Program-made: the position numbers and the translations under genes
Notes under the pieces: model-generated
Seen by the model: the letters and a program-made list of their open reading frames with translations, nothing else
What the model was told of the DNA's origin: nothing
The model's database searches: none
NCBI GenBank assembly: GCA_001872575.1
Contig: MNWP01000030.1
Span: forward strand, 10,780-74,779
DNA length: 64,000 nt
Direction: 5' to 3'
From: Candidatus Peregrinibacteria bacterium CG1_02_54_53
GTDB taxonomy: Bacteria > Patescibacteriota > Gracilibacteria > Peribacterales > Peribacteraceae
Shown here: positions 63,412-64,000 of the stretch, piece by piece
How the letters are laid out: each line of letters opens with the position of its first letter
Numbering within the stretch: the first letter of the stretch is position 1

Positions 63412-64000
63412 AGGGAGCCTTTGGTAGAAGGAATGCCCCGTTCGTATGGGCTTTGCCGAAACGCTTGCCTGAGCGCACGACCGAGGCCTTTAAACAGTGC
63501 TTCGAGCTTGTGGTGCTCGTTTTTGCCTCGTTCGATCTTCATGTGCAGATTGCATTTGAGCGTCTGCGCCAGTGACTCGAAGAAGTGCGCGACAAGCTCC
63601 GTTGGCAGTTTACCGACATACTCTCGTTTCCACTGGCCCTCGAACACAAAGGACGGACGGCCGGAGAGATCGACAACAACGTATGCAAGAGCTTCGTCCA
63701 TCGGCACCCAAAATCCGTAGCGTTCGATGCACCGCTTATCTCCGAGTGCTTTTGAAAACAGAGAACCGAGCACGAGTCCTGTATCTTCCACTGTGTGGTG
63801 TTCGTCGACTTGTAGATCACCATTCGCTTTCAATGTTAGATCAATCAATGCATGCTTCGCAAGGAGCTCAAGCATGTGGTCGAAGAAACCAATTCCCGTG
63901 ACAATTTCTGCATTCCCACTGCCATCAAGATTCACAAAGGCTTCTATATCCGTTTCGTTTGTCTTCCGTTTTTCCGCCGCAAAACGAGAAAATCTTCCAT
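63408..64000 (-). CDS. hisB: Imidazoleglycerol-phosphate dehydratase (5' end beyond the window)
   Basis: It has 'GIGFFDHMLELLAKH', 'DEHHTVEDTGLVLG' and 'NEHHKLEALFKGLGRAL'. The frame stays open upstream of the listed start (…EKRKTNETDIEAFVNLDGSG) to the window edge. Confidence 0.9.
   Translation of the reverse strand, partial: GRFSRFAAEKRKTNETDIEAFVNLDGSGNAEIVTGIGFFDHMLELLAKHALIDLTLKANGDLQVDEHHTVEDTGLVLGSLFSKALGDKRCIERYGFWVPMDEALAYVVVDLSGRPSFVFEGQWKREYVGKLPTELVAHFFESLAQTLKCNLHMKIERGKNEHHKLEALFKGLGRALRQAFRQSPYERGIPSTKGSL

Overview
This is a 64-kb chromosomal window from a bacterium. I infer a streamlined, CPR/Patescibacteria-like organism from a short AlaRS, a sigma/DUF5667-type anti-sigma pair, many SLH-anchored secreted proteins and very few Shine-Dalgarno sites. 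In hand-counted 60-nt lines, GC is about 58-67% over the first ~55 kb and falls to about 33-50% from ~55.4 kb to the end.

Gene content:
- Housekeeping: alaS, ileS, typA, uvrA, PBP1A, RelA/SpoT homologue, tmRNA, tRNA-Asn, tRNA-Arg.
- Riboflavin genes: ribE, ribH, ribBA.
- A his operon: hisB-hisH-hisA/F-hisIE.
- An archaeal-type PEP carboxylase divergent from an aspartate aminotransferase.
- Thiol-redox export genes: a Trx lipoprotein and a DipZ-like protein.
- Five SLH-domain envelope proteins and two histidine-kinase-like proteins.
- A 5'-truncated large serine recombinase at the left edge.

Most unusual observations:
1. The IleRS carries three intact histidine-phosphatase (PGAM-like) domains inside its catalytic region.
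2. tRNA-Asn(GUU) is split by a 303-nt group I intron, and the serine recombinase gene overlaps the tRNA's 3' end on the opposite strand.
3. The RelA/SpoT homologue is fused to a multi-TM EamA-like membrane domain.
4. HisA and HisF are fused into one ORF.
5. The low-GC segment holds a large HicA-domain protein next to a GrpB-P-loop NTPase fusion, plus an amino-acid-kinase/HAD/GNAT trio.
6. A family of GC-rich palindromic mini-elements is scattered through the window. One sits in frame inside yjbQ.
7. Three loci have duplicated gene termini: the esterase 3' end, the thioredoxin-like 3' end and the tRNA-Arg 5' end.
8. Many genes have a -10-like hexamer 6-9 nt before the start codon, which suggests leaderless mRNAs.

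I found no CRISPR array, rRNA or recognisable riboswitch. All functional calls come from motif recognition by eye; nothing was searched against a database.
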